The position numbers and the translations under genes were made by a program. A stretch of DNA of 64,000 nt from a virus. Positions 17,982-31,161 of this stretch are shown piece after piece; position 1 is the stretch's first letter; each line of letters opens with the position of its first letter. The stretch lies in the IMG/VR virus record IMGVR_UViG_3300045988_167206, positions 64,001 to 128,000 of that record, one strand, 5' to 3'. Under the pieces are notes generated by a model. That model was not told the origin of the DNA. It saw only the letters and a program-made list of their open reading frames with translations, and did no database searches.

Positions 17982-20900
17982 TTATTCTGTTTGTAAATTT
18001 AATTTGTTCTGCAGATCATTGATTTGCGTTTGTAACAATTCGATTTTTTCTATTATTTCTGCATGAGTATGGCAATCTCGAATTTTTTCAGAAGCGGCAT
18101 CACTTATATTATTTATTTCGGATAGTGACGAAATATTTGTATCTCCAGTTAAAATAATATTATCTGCTTGAATTGAAATATCCGATGTGTTATTTGTGTA
18201 TTTTTTTAATCCAATACATGGATTTTCTAAAGAATACATTTGCAGTCGCAGTGTTTCATAAGAATCAGTCATAGCCGTTTCAAAAATAGTTAGTGGATTA
18301 TTAGTGTTGATTTTATACAAATTACATATAAATTCACCACCAGATAATTTAGTAAATGTAGAATTTAGTAAGTTTGCCGCATCAAAAGTAGTATTATAAA
18401 TGGTAATATCTTTGAAATTATCTTTTGAAAATAAAGAAGCAATGTTTTTAGGTGTGATAAATTTTTTACCAATTAAATCGGAAGTTAAATAGTTTTGATC
18501 AATGGCTTGAATAAAACCACATTTAAAATCTAACGAATTAAATTGCTCTTTATTAGAAGATAAAAATTGAGAAATAACATTATTTATATCTATATCAGAT
18601 ATAGATCCGCTAGAAGAAGTAACGGTATTAGATACTTTAGATGTAAAAAATGGATTTGAAAATAAACGTTGTACGACATCCGCGCTTATTACATAACTTG
18701 ATGAATCGGAAGATTTCTGAACTCCTTGTACAGATCCTCCATCATGATTACTTTGATTCATTGCAACATTTAATAAATTATTATAATCTACACGCCGAGA
18801 CTTGTATTGAATGCTATTTGAAAAAGTAATAGACATTTGCTCGTTTAAATCCATAGGATTATATTGTATTTTTATTACTCTTAATTTTACATAAATCTCA
18901 TCGTCTAGACCAAGATAGATATAATCATTTACGTTTAGTTTATCGTGATATAATTTAAACTCTGGCAGAGCATATATATTTTCAATTGTATCTGAATATG
19001 TATATTGCGGATGAGATTCGATATATAATTCTTCTTTTGCATCATTAAATAATTGAAAACTTTTTTCAACAGCAGTAGAAGTATCATCTATAGATGTTAT
19101 TATAATATTTTCATTAGAATAAGAAGCTTGTGTATATAAATGCTGAATAATCTGCTTTTCTTCATCTGTAAAAGGTTCAGATCCAGACAGTATATTATCA
19201 AAGTTTTTTTTACCCCAATTATCCAAATCAACATCGGCAATTAATTCTTTTCTTTTAGACAAACACCCGGATAGTCCATTACAATAACCAATAATATCCA
19301 ATTCAATATATTCAGGATTTCCATGATCGTCATTTTTTATTTTTCCATTTTCATCAAAAACTTTTACTTTTACTTTAAATGGATCAGTAATGGTGAATTC
19401 AAAATCAGCAGACTCTGGTTTTCTCCCTTCGCTTATATAGTCATATTCAGCTTGACGTTGATTTAATGCCGATTCTGCCCGCTTTTTTAATTCGATATAA
19501 TCGCAATAACTCTGATGCATTTGATATCCATATTCTTCTTTATATCCTGCACTTGTTATATATTTATATCCTTCACCAAAACCATTTTTTTTTAATTCAT
19601 CAATACAATTTTGGTAAGTATTAATTTTCACCTTTAATTCATCTATACCATAAAGCTTCCAATTAATCTCATATGCTTTTAACACAGTTTCTGGTTGGAT
19701 ATAATATCCAAATGTTGGATTAAATTCAGATATCTCAGTATTATCACCATTATATTTTTCTAACTGCATTCCACAGATTTTAACACCTAATCGAGCAGTA
19801 AAAGCAATATTAATCATATTACTATTAATTACTTTATCTGTTCCAGTTTTTATAATCCCTTTTACAAGCTGCCAAGTATTCGAAGTTTCATCTATAACAC
19901 TGTCCAAAACTATAAAATCATCTCCAATGTTTCCACAGTGTAATTGAAATTCTCCTCTAAAACCACTTGAAGATGGTGCGTCATACATAATATAGCAGCT
20001 CAAAATATAAGTTTCGCCTAACTCAATAGGGATTTTTCGCTGCGTTATTCCAAACCGGCCATGAGACGGATTATCTAACAGTGTTTTTGGTATAAAATGA
20101 ATACCTCTTGTAATACCACTAGGAAGACTGCTAGAATCAACATCAAATAATTCAAAATTATTAGCATATTCAGGATATAACATTTCCCAAGAAGTATTTA
20201 GAATTACTGGATTAGAATTCGAAAGTAAATTACCAGTTCCAGAAGGAAAAAATTTCCATTTTTCCATTTCTTCTTCTGTATAATGGTGATTTGATATACG
20301 ATATTGCATTGCAGCAGTAATTTCTGGAATGGTATAATTTTTAATAGATTGATACAAACTCCAATCTTCTTTATTTTTTTTTAATGCATTTATGTCGAAA
20401 TTATTATTATCATCTACATATAATGCTCTCAATCCCATAAGAATAGCAGAATTAGACGTGTAAGCAGATTGTAAAGTATCCATATCACAGTCGGTCCAAG
20501 TATTCTGCACAGAATCTATAGGAACTCTATTAGTCAATTCTGTCAGTTTTTCATTAATAGCATTATAACATTGAGAATAACGAACATATTCTAATCTATG
20601 ATCTTCTTTGTATTTTATATAAGCTCTGTATTTTTCTATAAGAGTATTATCCATGTAAGGCTCTCGTTCAAAATGAGAAAGATCAGTCATTACATTTGAT
20701 GCGTAATTAACTGCAGCTACATCATAGTCTTCTAAACCTTCTACATAAAATTGTGTTATGAGAGAGTCGTCTCTTGAAGTGGTAACATTATTTTGAATAT
20801 TTCTAAAACCTAAAAATATACCTGTATCAACACCAAGGGTTTCAGGACGATATACATTAATTGTCATATTGATAGTATCAAATTCAAAAACGCATCTACA

Positions 20901-21737
20901 TGCCTGAGCGACATCTTGAGTCAAAAAAGTATATACGGACTTATTGTCTACTTCATAATTGGTAACATAATTTGGAAGTATATTCCGATCACTATATGGT
21001 ACAAGACTATCTTCAGAATATGGATCTTTCCCAAAATCATTATTTGTTGAAGAATCTACATATCCAATATGCCAACCAACAATGTCTGCTCCAGAATGTT
21101 TTAAAATTAAATGTAGCAAACTTAAATCCTCAAGAGTTGGATCTACTTTTAATTCATCTTGATTGTAATAAAATTTAATTTGAAAAAACGTGTTATTTTC
21201 AAGTTCATCTTCAGCATCATATTCATCAAGTGCCGTTTTAATTTCATTATCTGTAGCAGATGGATGTTCTGTTATATATTTTTTTTTATAGTTGTTTTTT
21301 AATTTTTCAATCAGAAGATCCTTATGTGTTGTTTTGTACATCACCTCGTAAGAATCTTTTTCTCCGGTATTAATATTGAAGTCATTTAAGGAATATTGAG
21401 ACAACATAATCTCATAAGATTCAGCTGTAATATCTTTCGTTTCTTTGGTTCCATCATTATTTTTAGTAGGTGGATCCATTATTTTAAACCAAATACCATC
21501 ACAGTATAATTCCATTTTTTCTTCTAATTCATCGTATCCATTAGATAAAATAGATTCATCAATATATTTATTAACCGTAAATGATAACTCAGCGGTGTTA
21601 TTCGTATTTAACGAAAGAGAAACAGTAGAAGTATCAATTCCATTTAAAGCGCAAAAAATACGTTTTCCAGGTTTTGCCAAATAAATAATAGAAGGTTCTG
21701 TCCGTCCAAAAATATCATAAGTTTGTATTTTTTTCAT
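17982..21737 (-). CDS. tail-associated lysin/Tal-like minor structural protein (1251 aa)
   Basis: The N-terminus (YDIFGRTEPSIIYLAKPGKR...NNTAELSFTV...MELYCDGIWFKI) fits the siphophage tail-endopeptidase/minor structural N-terminal family. The position after Dit is as expected. There is a central CBM-like beta-rich block. Confidence 0.7.
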   Translation of the reverse strand: MKKIQTYDIFGRTEPSIIYLAKPGKRIFCALNGIDTSTVSLSLNTNNTAELSFTVNKYIDESILSNGYDELEEKMELYCDGIWFKIMDPPTKNNDGTKETKDITAESYEIMLSQYSLNDFNINTGEKDSYEVMYKTTHKDLLIEKLKNNYKKKYITEHPSATDNEIKTALDEYDAEDELENNTFFQIKFYYNQDELKVDPTLEDLSLLHLILKHSGADIVGWHIGYVDSSTNNDFGKDPYSEDSLVPYSDRNILPNYVTNYEVDNKSVYTFLTQDVAQACRCVFEFDTINMTINVYRPETLGVDTGIFLGFRNIQNNVTTSRDDSLITQFYVEGLEDYDVAAVNYASNVMTDLSHFEREPYMDNTLIEKYRAYIKYKEDHRLEYVRYSQCYNAINEKLTELTNRVPIDSVQNTWTDCDMDTLQSAYTSNSAILMGLRALYVDDNNNFDINALKKNKEDWSLYQSIKNYTIPEITAAMQYRISNHHYTEEEMEKWKFFPSGTGNLLSNSNPVILNTSWEMLYPEYANNFELFDVDSSSLPSGITRGIHFIPKTLLDNPSHGRFGITQRKIPIELGETYILSCYIMYDAPSSSGFRGEFQLHCGNIGDDFIVLDSVIDETSNTWQLVKGIIKTGTDKVINSNMINIAFTARLGVKICGMQLEKYNGDNTEISEFNPTFGYYIQPETVLKAYEINWKLYGIDELKVKINTYQNCIDELKKNGFGEGYKYITSAGYKEEYGYQMHQSYCDYIELKKRAESALNQRQAEYDYISEGRKPESADFEFTITDPFKVKVKVFDENGKIKNDDHGNPEYIELDIIGYCNGLSGCLSKRKELIADVDLDNWGKKNFDNILSGSEPFTDEEKQIIQHLYTQASYSNENIIITSIDDTSTAVEKSFQLFNDAKEELYIESHPQYTYSDTIENIYALPEFKLYHDKLNVNDYIYLGLDDEIYVKLRVIKIQYNPMDLNEQMSITFSNSIQYKSRRVDYNNLLNVAMNQSNHDGGSVQGVQKSSDSSSYVISADVVQRLFSNPFFTSKVSNTVTSSSGSISDIDINNVISQFLSSNKEQFNSLDFKCGFIQAIDQNYLTSDLIGKKFITPKNIASLFSKDNFKDITIYNTTFDAANLLNSTFTKLSGGEFICNLYKINTNNPLTIFETAMTDSYETLRLQMYSLENPCIGLKKYTNNTSDISIQADNIILTGDTNISSLSEINNISDAASEKIRDCHTHAEIIEKIELLQTQINDLQNKLNLQTE

Positions 21738-22759
21738 ACAAATGCACCTACTTTTCTAGGTTCACGCCATTGGATTGTAATAAAAGCCAATCCATTTGTC
21801 CAAATAATATTTTGTCCATATACTAATCTAGGCCAATAAATTTTTAAAATATCATTAGGATCAGAAATTCCTAAATCATCAAAAGTAATCTGTACTTCAT
21901 TTTTATAATTATCAAATTTATATATTTTTAAACGTTCACAATCTATATAAATACTATCTATTGTTTTAGGAGTTATAGTTAATTCTTTTAAGGGATTATC
22001 ACTTAAATTACATATGGTAATCTGTTCATTTGGTTTAACAGGCTCTATTTCAATAGTTGGATATACATATTCGCTACGGCAATCGGTCATATTATACAAA
22101 TATTTTGTTTTATTAAGATCATTTAGTTTTATTCCTGTAGATTCAACTGTATTTGATGTAATTTTTTCTGTTTGAAGAGAAGAGTAACCATAGGGACTAT
22201 CACAAGTGGCAGTACATATTAATTTAAACGGTTTCCCTATATTTTCTGTAGATATATCAGTAAAGGTTACAAAAAATTCAATATCTTCTTTATAATATTC
22301 ATTATTTAAGAATTTTAATTTTTTAGGAAATTGAGGAGAGGTCAACCATGCGTTTAATGCTTTAATATCATTAGAAGTAAAATAATCTTCAGCCTCTGTT
22401 GTTAAAACACCATTTGATAAATTTGCCGTATAATTTTTAGGAAATTTTAAAATACCATTATCAATTACCATATTATTTGAAATCATATCATATATTAATG
22501 TATTTTTAGATTTCTCTGTAATTGTTTCGGTTGCCTCTAAATATGGAAGTATACTTTTTTTACATGGATTTTTTATTAAAACAATATTAAAAGACAAATT
22601 TTCTTCATAAGTTGTACCAAAATGATTTTCTCTTGGTCGAAATTTATTTTTTTCTCCAAGTATTAATGAACGCGATTCTAATTGATCGTTTTCTTCAATA
22701 GATGCTATAATTACACCAAACTCTTCGGAATTATAACCATTAAATTCAAATTCTAACAT
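21734..22759 (-). CDS. distal tail protein (Dit)-like (341 aa)
   Basis: MLEFEFNGYNSEEFGVIIASIEE is the usual Dit/siphovirus tail-component opening. Lies directly after the tape-measure gene, and its stop overlaps the Tal start by 4 nt. Confidence 0.65.
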   Translation of the reverse strand: MLEFEFNGYNSEEFGVIIASIEENDQLESRSLILGEKNKFRPRENHFGTTYEENLSFNIVLIKNPCKKSILPYLEATETITEKSKNTLIYDMISNNMVIDNGILKFPKNYTANLSNGVLTTEAEDYFTSNDIKALNAWLTSPQFPKKLKFLNNEYYKEDIEFFVTFTDISTENIGKPFKLICTATCDSPYGYSSLQTEKITSNTVESTGIKLNDLNKTKYLYNMTDCRSEYVYPTIEIEPVKPNEQITICNLSDNPLKELTITPKTIDSIYIDCERLKIYKFDNYKNEVQITFDDLGISDPNDILKIYWPRLVYGQNIIWTNGLAFITIQWREPRKVGAFV

Positions 22760-22792
22760 TTATGCATTCTCACCTCTCTTTATTTTAATATA

Positions 22793-22825
22793 AGAATAAA
22801 AGAGGATGCTTTGACACATCCTCTT
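22793..22825 (-). terminator. terminator-like hairpin after the tape-measure gene
   Basis: 9-bp stem AAGAGGATG/CATCCTCTT (22800-22808 / 22817-22825), followed on minus by TTTATTCTT. Confidence 0.55.
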
Positions 22826-22837
22826 CCTGTATTCCAT

Positions 22838-25800
22838 TTACCTATTCCGTCCGGTCAGTTTCTTCCAGTCCTTTGACATTTTCTTTGTGAAATCATCAAA
22901 CATAATACCACTCAGTTGATGTGCAAGATTCTTTATATCCAACTCACTGTCAATTCTGTCTACATTCAGATTGATCTCTGGATTAAAAGTAATATTCTGG
23001 TTCTGTACAGATGGAACATTATTCAGTTTCGCTCCATTGTTTCCGGTCATCATGTCCGTAAATTCATTCATAGAAGCAATGGAAGGTTTCAGCAACTTGG
23101 TAAATTCTTCTGTCAGGACAGTTTCTCCCGGTCTGGCTCCGATAAATCCGGTGTCACCATTGCGGATAATCGCATCTCCAAGCATTGTACCCATATCAGC
23201 CGGGATAAGATTACGGACAACTCCACCCTTGGAAAATCCAAAAGTCTGTAACTGCTTGAGCAGGTTTGTCTTCTGAGTTCCTGTCCATTTGCTATAGTTA
23301 CCCGGATATTTCAGTCCCAGAATCTTGGCAGCACTCACTAATTGAGCACCTGTAACATCTTTGCCCTTTTTCTTAAAATGCTGTATAAGTTCATGGTTAT
23401 TTTTATAGTCCGCTGGCTTAAAGGTTTTATTCTTCAGGTTTTTATACCACTTTGTCAGTTGATTCTTCTTGATGGATTTCTGAATCTGCTCATTAAACTT
23501 CTTCTTATCATTCAAGTCTTTGTCAGACTTTCCAAGGATCAGACTGTCTTTGATTTCCTGACGTTCCCCATATGAGAACTTGTACCCTGATTTATTCAGT
23601 GCGTCATTTACCGTCTTAGCATATTTATCATAGTTTTTCTGACGTACTGTAACATTAAAGGTTACAGCCGCAGCAGAAGAGACTACTGGATGCACAGTAA
23701 CTGTAGTTTTACCTGATTTTTTGCCAGTTACAATAAAGCTGTTACCATTTTTCTGAGCAGTAGCAATTGAACTGTCTTTTACTGTAAGCGTAAAGTTCTT
23801 CAGATTATCAGTAGCAGCGTTCTTGTAGTTTACCTTTACTGTCTGTTTCTTTCCAACATATATGGTTGCACTCTTTGGGCTTAGTGAAAGTGCAAGTTTA
23901 GCACTATAGGATTTACCATTCTGGTCATAGCCAATATTATTAGAAGCCTTACCAGCACTTTCGGAATCCTTGAGTGCTCCACTAATAGCAGCATCCGCTT
24001 TGGAATCACTTGGAATGCCAGAAGTATCAACATTGGTGTAATTTCCCGGATGATTCTTTGCTTCATTCACGGTTTCGTTGGTAGAATTCTTAATTGTATT
24101 GGCATTCATCAGATCTTTGAACAGATCGGCAGTCTTATAACCAGTTTCATCAAGAATCTTACTGATCTCATCGAAGGTTTCCTTGTAAGAATTCTTGACT
24201 TCAGAGAGCATATCATTGATGACAGACTTCTGAAGATCTGTGTTGGACTTCAGAGACTTTAAGGTGTTATCCAGTGCATCATCTGCTTTTTCGGACAGAT
24301 CATCATATCCTTTGGATTCCATATCAAGCTGATGCTCATACTTGGTATCTGCAAGATCTTCTTCCTTGTCTTTCAGATCAGCCTTGAGTTTCGCTAACTT
24401 AGCCTGTGCAGCAGCGTTAGTGGTTCCTTCAAGGGCAGCAATCTGTGCTTTGAGTGCATTGATATCTTTGGTCTTATCCTTAATGGTCTTATCGTATTCA
24501 TAGTAATCCTTCTTATTGTCAAGAGCTTTCTTACGCTTATCGATATTCTCCTGAAGCAGATCATTTTCTTTGGTGATCTTATCTGAATACATATCAAGCA
24601 GATTCTGCTGGCTGGAATATAAAGACTTGGATGTCTGTTGAATCTGGTTTAAGGCATTTTCTGATCGTTCTTTGTACTCATCAGCTGTAACCATACCGTT
24701 TTTCTTTAATTTTTCAAGTAAATCAAGTTCAGCGGTACAGTCAGAAATCTTCTGTTTATACGCATCCATTTCCTTATTGATGAGAGAGATATTTGCAAGC
24801 CCGGTATCTGTAAATGATCCATCATCGTTATAAAACGTATCAGAATCCATCATATCACGAAGATTTCCATAATCTTCAATCAGATCATCCAGTTTATCCT
24901 GGGCTTCATCAAACTGTTTAAATCTGAGATCAACAATGGATTTCTTCAGTTCAGCATTACTGTTTGCAGTTTCCAAAATCTTCTTGTCAAGTTCTGCAAG
25001 CTGATCTGCATATTCCTGATATTCAGCAGATCCTGCATTGAGTGTTAGCATTTTTTGTTGTACAAGATTCTTCTGTTCCTGCAATGCATTGATGGTGTTA
25101 TTATTTGTGGTGATCGCATTTCGGTAATCAGTCTCAGTGATACCTTTTGCAAAATCACCTGTCTTCGCGTCATAATAACGGTTGGCATCCTTATAGTCTC
25201 TGTACGCTGACTGTTTTTCTGACGCACGAGTGTATTTATCAGTCTTATACTGAGCAGCATTTGCGGCAAGCTTATCTAACTGATTGGTCAATTCAGCTGT
25301 AGCCTTTTTACTGTCATTTAAAGCTGTTCTTAGCTCTTCCAGACCTGCAAGAGCTTCTTTGTAGAAAGTAGAATTCACTCCGTACTTCTTCTTGATCTGA
25401 TTAAGCTGTTTCTGATATTCTTTAATTTCGGATGTTATCAGATTTGTCTGAGTGTTCTGGTTGTTTCTCTGTTTTATAATATTCTGATAATAACCAGAAC
25501 CAACTCCCTGAGAATTTCCAGCTTCAGAAGCCCAATCATTTAAGCTGCTAAGAGTGTTATTCTGATTCTCATATACACTTCTCAGAGCATCATATTTATC
25601 AGTTACATTGTCAAGTCTCTGCTGATATAACTCTTTTTCTTGTGATTTCAGGTCTTGAATGGCTTTGTCACATTCTACGATCTTGTCATACCATTTCTGA
25701 TAGGCTTCGACTTTGGACTTGTCTGTTTCACTCAAGGATTGTATGTCTACGGTTCCATCCTGTACTTTCTTTTTAAGAGCAGCAGATAAACCAATCTTCT

Positions 25801-28800
25801 TGGCATAATTATCAGATGCACGAACATATAAATTACGCCCTTTAATATAATCCTCCATCAGTGTATTTGAATCATTTATTGCTTTTGTCAGATAATTATT
25901 TTTAGTAGAAAGGACAGTAGAATTTTCTGATTTTGACTGAGCAAGATCAATGCGATTCTCAAATCTAGTTACAAGTCTTTCGAACCAATCAACAACGTTT
26001 TTCCATGGATCTTCCCAGCTTTTAGAAGAAGATGAACTTCCTCCACCAGATCCACCTGAAGAACCAGAGTTTCCACCACCACCGGAATTATTATTTCCAG
26101 AAGATTTAGTAGAAGAGGATTTTTTTGAAGAAGTATCTTTAAAATTAAATCCAGTAAGAGCATAAGCGTTACAGCCTAAACTTCCAGTGGCATAAGCCCT
26201 TGCATTACTAGAAGTTTTTCCATGCTCTAGTAAATCTTTTGTCTGAGAAGCATTAAATATAATGTCTCCCTTTTTAAGATTTTCAAAATGTGGACCACCT
26301 GGAAGAAGTGACCATACTCCATCACGAACAATTGATTCCGTACCTACTTCATTTGTGAGAGCTGTTTCATTTTTGCCTAAAGCAACATTTCCTCCAGCGT
26401 GAGCAGAAGAGAGTGGTTTCAAGTTGAGCATATTGTATGCAGTGCCATCTGCATGAGCTATAGAAGTCATTGTACCAGAAGCACTAGCACCTTTTGGCGC
26501 ACCTTCTACCTTTGCATGATATACAACTATTCCACTTTTATTTGGAGGAGTCCATGATGCAATATTACTAGCATTAACAATATAATTCACAACCCCTGTT
26601 TTGTCCGGTGGTTTATATGCTTGAACATCACTGTCTTCAACCGTATATTTAGCTTTAGCATCTTTGTCCTCTGGTTTATAAGAATCAACCTCAGCACTAT
26701 CTTTTTTAATAGTGGCATTAACAGTTATTTGTTTGTTTTGACCATTTAATTCGTCCGCTTTTGCATTAATAGCATCAAGTTCTTCTTGGTTTTGTACATC
26801 ACAAGTAATTGTTACAGGTGTATTATCTGGAACAGATTCCATAGCAGAAGTAAGATCTTCAACCTGATCCTCGCCGGTTACAGAAACATCTACTGTGGCA
26901 GTTGTGCCTTGTGGAATAGAAGCTAATGAATTTTTTAAATCATCTGTGCCTCCGGAGGTAGAGAGATTCGCCTCAATAGTATAAGTACTTCCAGACAAAT
27001 TCTGTAAGTCAGCCGACGTTTCTTCTGCTTCTTCCTGTGCTTCTTCAAGGCTAGAAGTATCGACTTCAGGTTTAAGAACACCCAATCCTTCAAGAGCCTG
27101 TACAAGCTGGTCTTTTGTTAGGCCGGCCTGATCAGCAAGATTCTGCAATGCATCTTCGGCTTGTTCCATACCTTCAACATTATAAGCACCATCACCAAGT
27201 TGGATTCCTTCAAGATCAGCGGCTGTATATTGTTTCAGAGCATTGAAATCAGCTTCAGTTGCTTCTGCATTTGCTTCATGAGCCTGTTTTACAGCTTCAA
27301 GAGAATCGGCGTATTCTTTGGCAGCAGTTGGATCAGAAATTCCCATTTCCTCTGCGGTAAGAGGAGAGTCAAATGTTCCAATGCCCTTATCGTGAAGCAT
27401 CTGATTAAAAGCATCTTCGTCAACTTCGAACTCAGGAGTTAATTTAATTTTATTATCCTTAGCTAATTGCTGGATACGATCGTACAATCCTTGAGCATAC
27501 TCCTGTTGCGCCGGATCATCTTTAACCTGTTGGTATTCTTTTGCAAAATCATTGATTGTCTGTTTTACAGTATTCAGATTTTGCACTTCACGGTCAGTAG
27601 CACCATTTACATATGTATCAAGAGCAGTATTAGCATCATTGACTTGATTCTTTAAATCATCTACAACTTGTGCTTGCTGTTCAATCGCATATTGTGGTGC
27701 ACCATTGGCAACTAATTCAGAGTACTTTTCTTGGGCAGAAATAAGCTCGTTAGTCTTTTCCGTAACATTAGCCTGTCCTTCAGCTACAGATGTAATGTCT
27801 GTAACAACAGCACCCATATCGTCATAACGTCCAAGATAATCTCTAAATTGTTCTTCTCCCATTCCGAGAGTTTTTGCGGCATCAGCGGAATCAGTAAATG
27901 CCATTTGCCATTGTTTGGAACCATCTTCTAGAGTTTTATAAGTAGCTAAACCTTTTGATTTAAGAAGATCAAGAAATTTCAATGGTCCAGATGCATCGTC
28001 TGTATAATATGGTTTCCATTTATTATAGTTTTCAATGAAATTATCTTCATCGCTAAACCCATAAGGGGAGAAGTAAGCAGCACCTTCTTTAAAATCATCT
28101 GTACCGGTTTCACCGTTATCGTACATTTCTTTTAAAGATTCTAACTTACTCTTTGTTGCTTTATAATGATCTCCTGCATTTGGAGTACTTTCAGCGTTGG
28201 CAGCTCTTTGCCATTGACTGGTCTGTTCCTGCATATTTTTATACTGAGCCATGTATTCATTTTGAAGATTCTTAAGTTCTTCAAGTTTTTGTTTTTCTGA
28301 CTCAATAATATTGCCATTGGAATCATAGATTTTCTTCTCTTGATCAGCAATCTGAGATGCAAAATCTTTTGTGACCATTTCATTTTGAGCTTTAGAAAGT
28401 TCCTGGAATCTATCAGTATTTAACTGTAATCCCTTTGCAGATCTTGTAAACAATCCATTTATATCAGTTCCCTGAGCAGTAAGATCACTAAACTGAGTAA
28501 CAAGATTCTTCACGGAGTCACTTGTTAATCCAGTTTCACTATTTGTTTCTCCAATAGCAGTACTCAAAGCACTGGCCAGATTTGTAACATCAGTAATAGG
28601 AAGATTCTGGATTTCTTCAAGCCATCCGGCCTGAGAAGCTTTCATATTCTCTATGGACATTTGAGCAGACTGGATTTGATCCTGGTATCCTTTTATCTTC
28701 TCATTGTCTTCATCAGTAAGAGGAGAGATACCTTTACTTTCTCTGATTGTACGGATGTTATCCTGGTAATCTTTAATCTGTTTATTCAGATTTGAAATCT

Positions 28801-31134
28801 GAGCATTACCATTTTCAACAAGATTATTGTAATCCTGTGCAGTTGCTTTCTGGTTGAATGCAGATTTATTATTCATTAGAGTCTGCATATCTGAAGCGTC
28901 AGTCTGAAGTCTGGTCAAATCTTTTGAGAGATTTTCAAGATCCTGTTCGTTTGCATCAAGACGAACCTGAACCTCAGTATCCTCAATAGCAGACTTCCAT
29001 TCATCGTAAGAAGCATTTGCCATAGAAGGGTCAAGGGATAGTTTAAGAATAGCCTGCATAGCTATTTCATTATCACCATATTCCGACATGAGCTTATTCA
29101 TTGTGCTTACAGCAGAATCTTTAGCTACAGTGCCCTTAGCATTATCAAGAATATTGGTTCTTACTGTTTTTTTGATATCATCCGCAGACATATCAAATCC
29201 TGCAGTATTAATACCATCCAAAATACTCTGAATATATCTATCAGCTTGAGCTAATTCCTTCGGATCAGTCGTATCTTTTACAGCATCACGAATCTTTCCA
29301 ATAGCAGTAGAAGCTTTATCAGTAGCAAGTTTCTGTAATCCTTGCTGTAAATTATCTGTTTCAGTAGCTAATTCTGGGAATTGCTGAATAAGATCTGTGA
29401 TATCAGAACTTTTCATATCACCGGATTTCAGAGAATCCATAGCAGTTTTGATACTAGAGATACTTGACTGGAAATTATCTGTTACGGTATCAATGTCTGT
29501 TGCTGTGTCTTCAGTTGAATTTTTGAAGAGAGAAGAGAATGTTTTAGAGGCATCTTCGGAAGAAGCTTTAGATTCTTCCATTGCTTTATTCCAATTGGAA
29601 GTAAGTGTACCTATTCCCCAATCATTCTCTTCAGGATCAAGACCATTATTCTGGAGATAATTCCAGAAAGTTTCTATATCTTTATCTGATTTATCCTTAA
29701 AAAATGCATCAGCGATTGAGCCGCCAGAAGTACTCGGAAGTTTTGACATAAATGCAAAAGTATCTTTAAGATTTTCTTTTACACCTTCAATATTTAATGC
29801 TTCCGGATCAACTATAGCCATGATATAAGATGCCAAATCATCTGCTGATATTTTCTTATCTCCAAGTGCTGATTTGAGATCAGAATAATCTTTATTACTA
29901 TTCAGAACATCAAGAATTCCCTGGGAACCTTTAGATTTGCCAATGTCCTCAAGTTTTGTCTGTAAGTCTGCATAATCAGCGAGAGCAAAAAGATTGTTTA
30001 GTTTGTCCTCTGTGTCGGAAGATGAACCTATGAGATTTGAGTAATTATCAATAAGAGAATTAACCTGGTCAATGGTACCCTGGTATTTCTTATCAAGAAC
30101 TGTACCATCATCTTTAAGCATACTCTGTGACTGATCTGAGATGTTAGAAATCATTTCAGAGAGTTCTGATTTTTGATTATCAATACCTTCTTGCTGTTTT
30201 TCAAGAGTTTTATTTTCCTCTTCAGTAATTAGGTCTATATTACCGCCATGACCTTTTTTGATATTTTCATAGGCGGTATCATATCTATCCTGAAGATGCT
30301 GGATATAATCCATTTTTGCCTGAGCTTCATCAAGATCATTAACATATACTTTGGCTTGAGGATTATAATTTCCGCTACCGTCAGAGAAATAATCCTGCTG
30401 CATAGATTTCTTATTTAGATCTTTTTGTGCAGCATTTGCCTCAGCAGTCTTAGCACTGTCGGCTAATCTTTGTTTCAATGATACTTGAGCACCAAGAAGT
30501 TCATTTTGATCTTGAAGATTATTTAATTCTTGACTCTCTTCTAGTGATCTGTTTTCTTTTACTCGAAGCTCTTGAATACGATCTTGGTTAGTTTCGTATG
30601 CAGATTGTGCGGTTTCAAGATCAGATTGAGCTGTTTCATTTTTTTTCTGAGCTTTTTGGTATTTCTTTGTGGTGGTTGCTTTTGTAAGATCAAATTGGTT
30701 GTCAAGACCTTTCCATGCTAATGTACCAACCCCAATAGCACCTGCAATTCCAAGAATAGGTAAAAGAGGTTTAATGAATGCTAATAAACCAGAGCCTGTA
30801 TCTTTTAGAGATCCTAATAAACCTGCACCTATGGCTACATCTCCAACTTTACCGGCTCCTCCGGCGGTATAACCGATTTTAGCCATCATGTCTTCGGTAA
30901 TATTTTCTTTACCAAACGCTTTAACCATAGCTTGATACGCAACACCAGAGTCTAAATTTTTTCCATATTTGGTTATCCAATTTACACCTTTACTTGCATT
31001 ACCAGATGCGGCTAATGCAGTTGCTAAACTAACAACATCTTCTCTGGTAGAAACACCATTAAATAAACGTGTTGCATTATTGAATTTTCCGATTTTCTTT
31101 AATGACACTGTTGAGTAAATATGATACAATAAAT
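22838..31134 (-). CDS. tape-measure protein, third coding block (open frame of about 2765 codons)
   Basis: The frame is open from 31134, after an in-frame TAA at 31135-31137. There is no SD and no ATG near its 5' end.
- It opens with Gly-rich hydrophobic TMP-like segments (GAGLLGSLKDTGSGLLAFIKPLLPILGIAGAIGVGTLAWKG).
- More than 2 kb of coiled coil follows.
- It also has a Ser/Gly linker, a Big_2-like Ig domain and two copies of a TMP C-terminal-type motif. Confidence 0.7.
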
Positions 31135-31161
31135 TTATTTAATATAGGAAGGAAGATGTTT

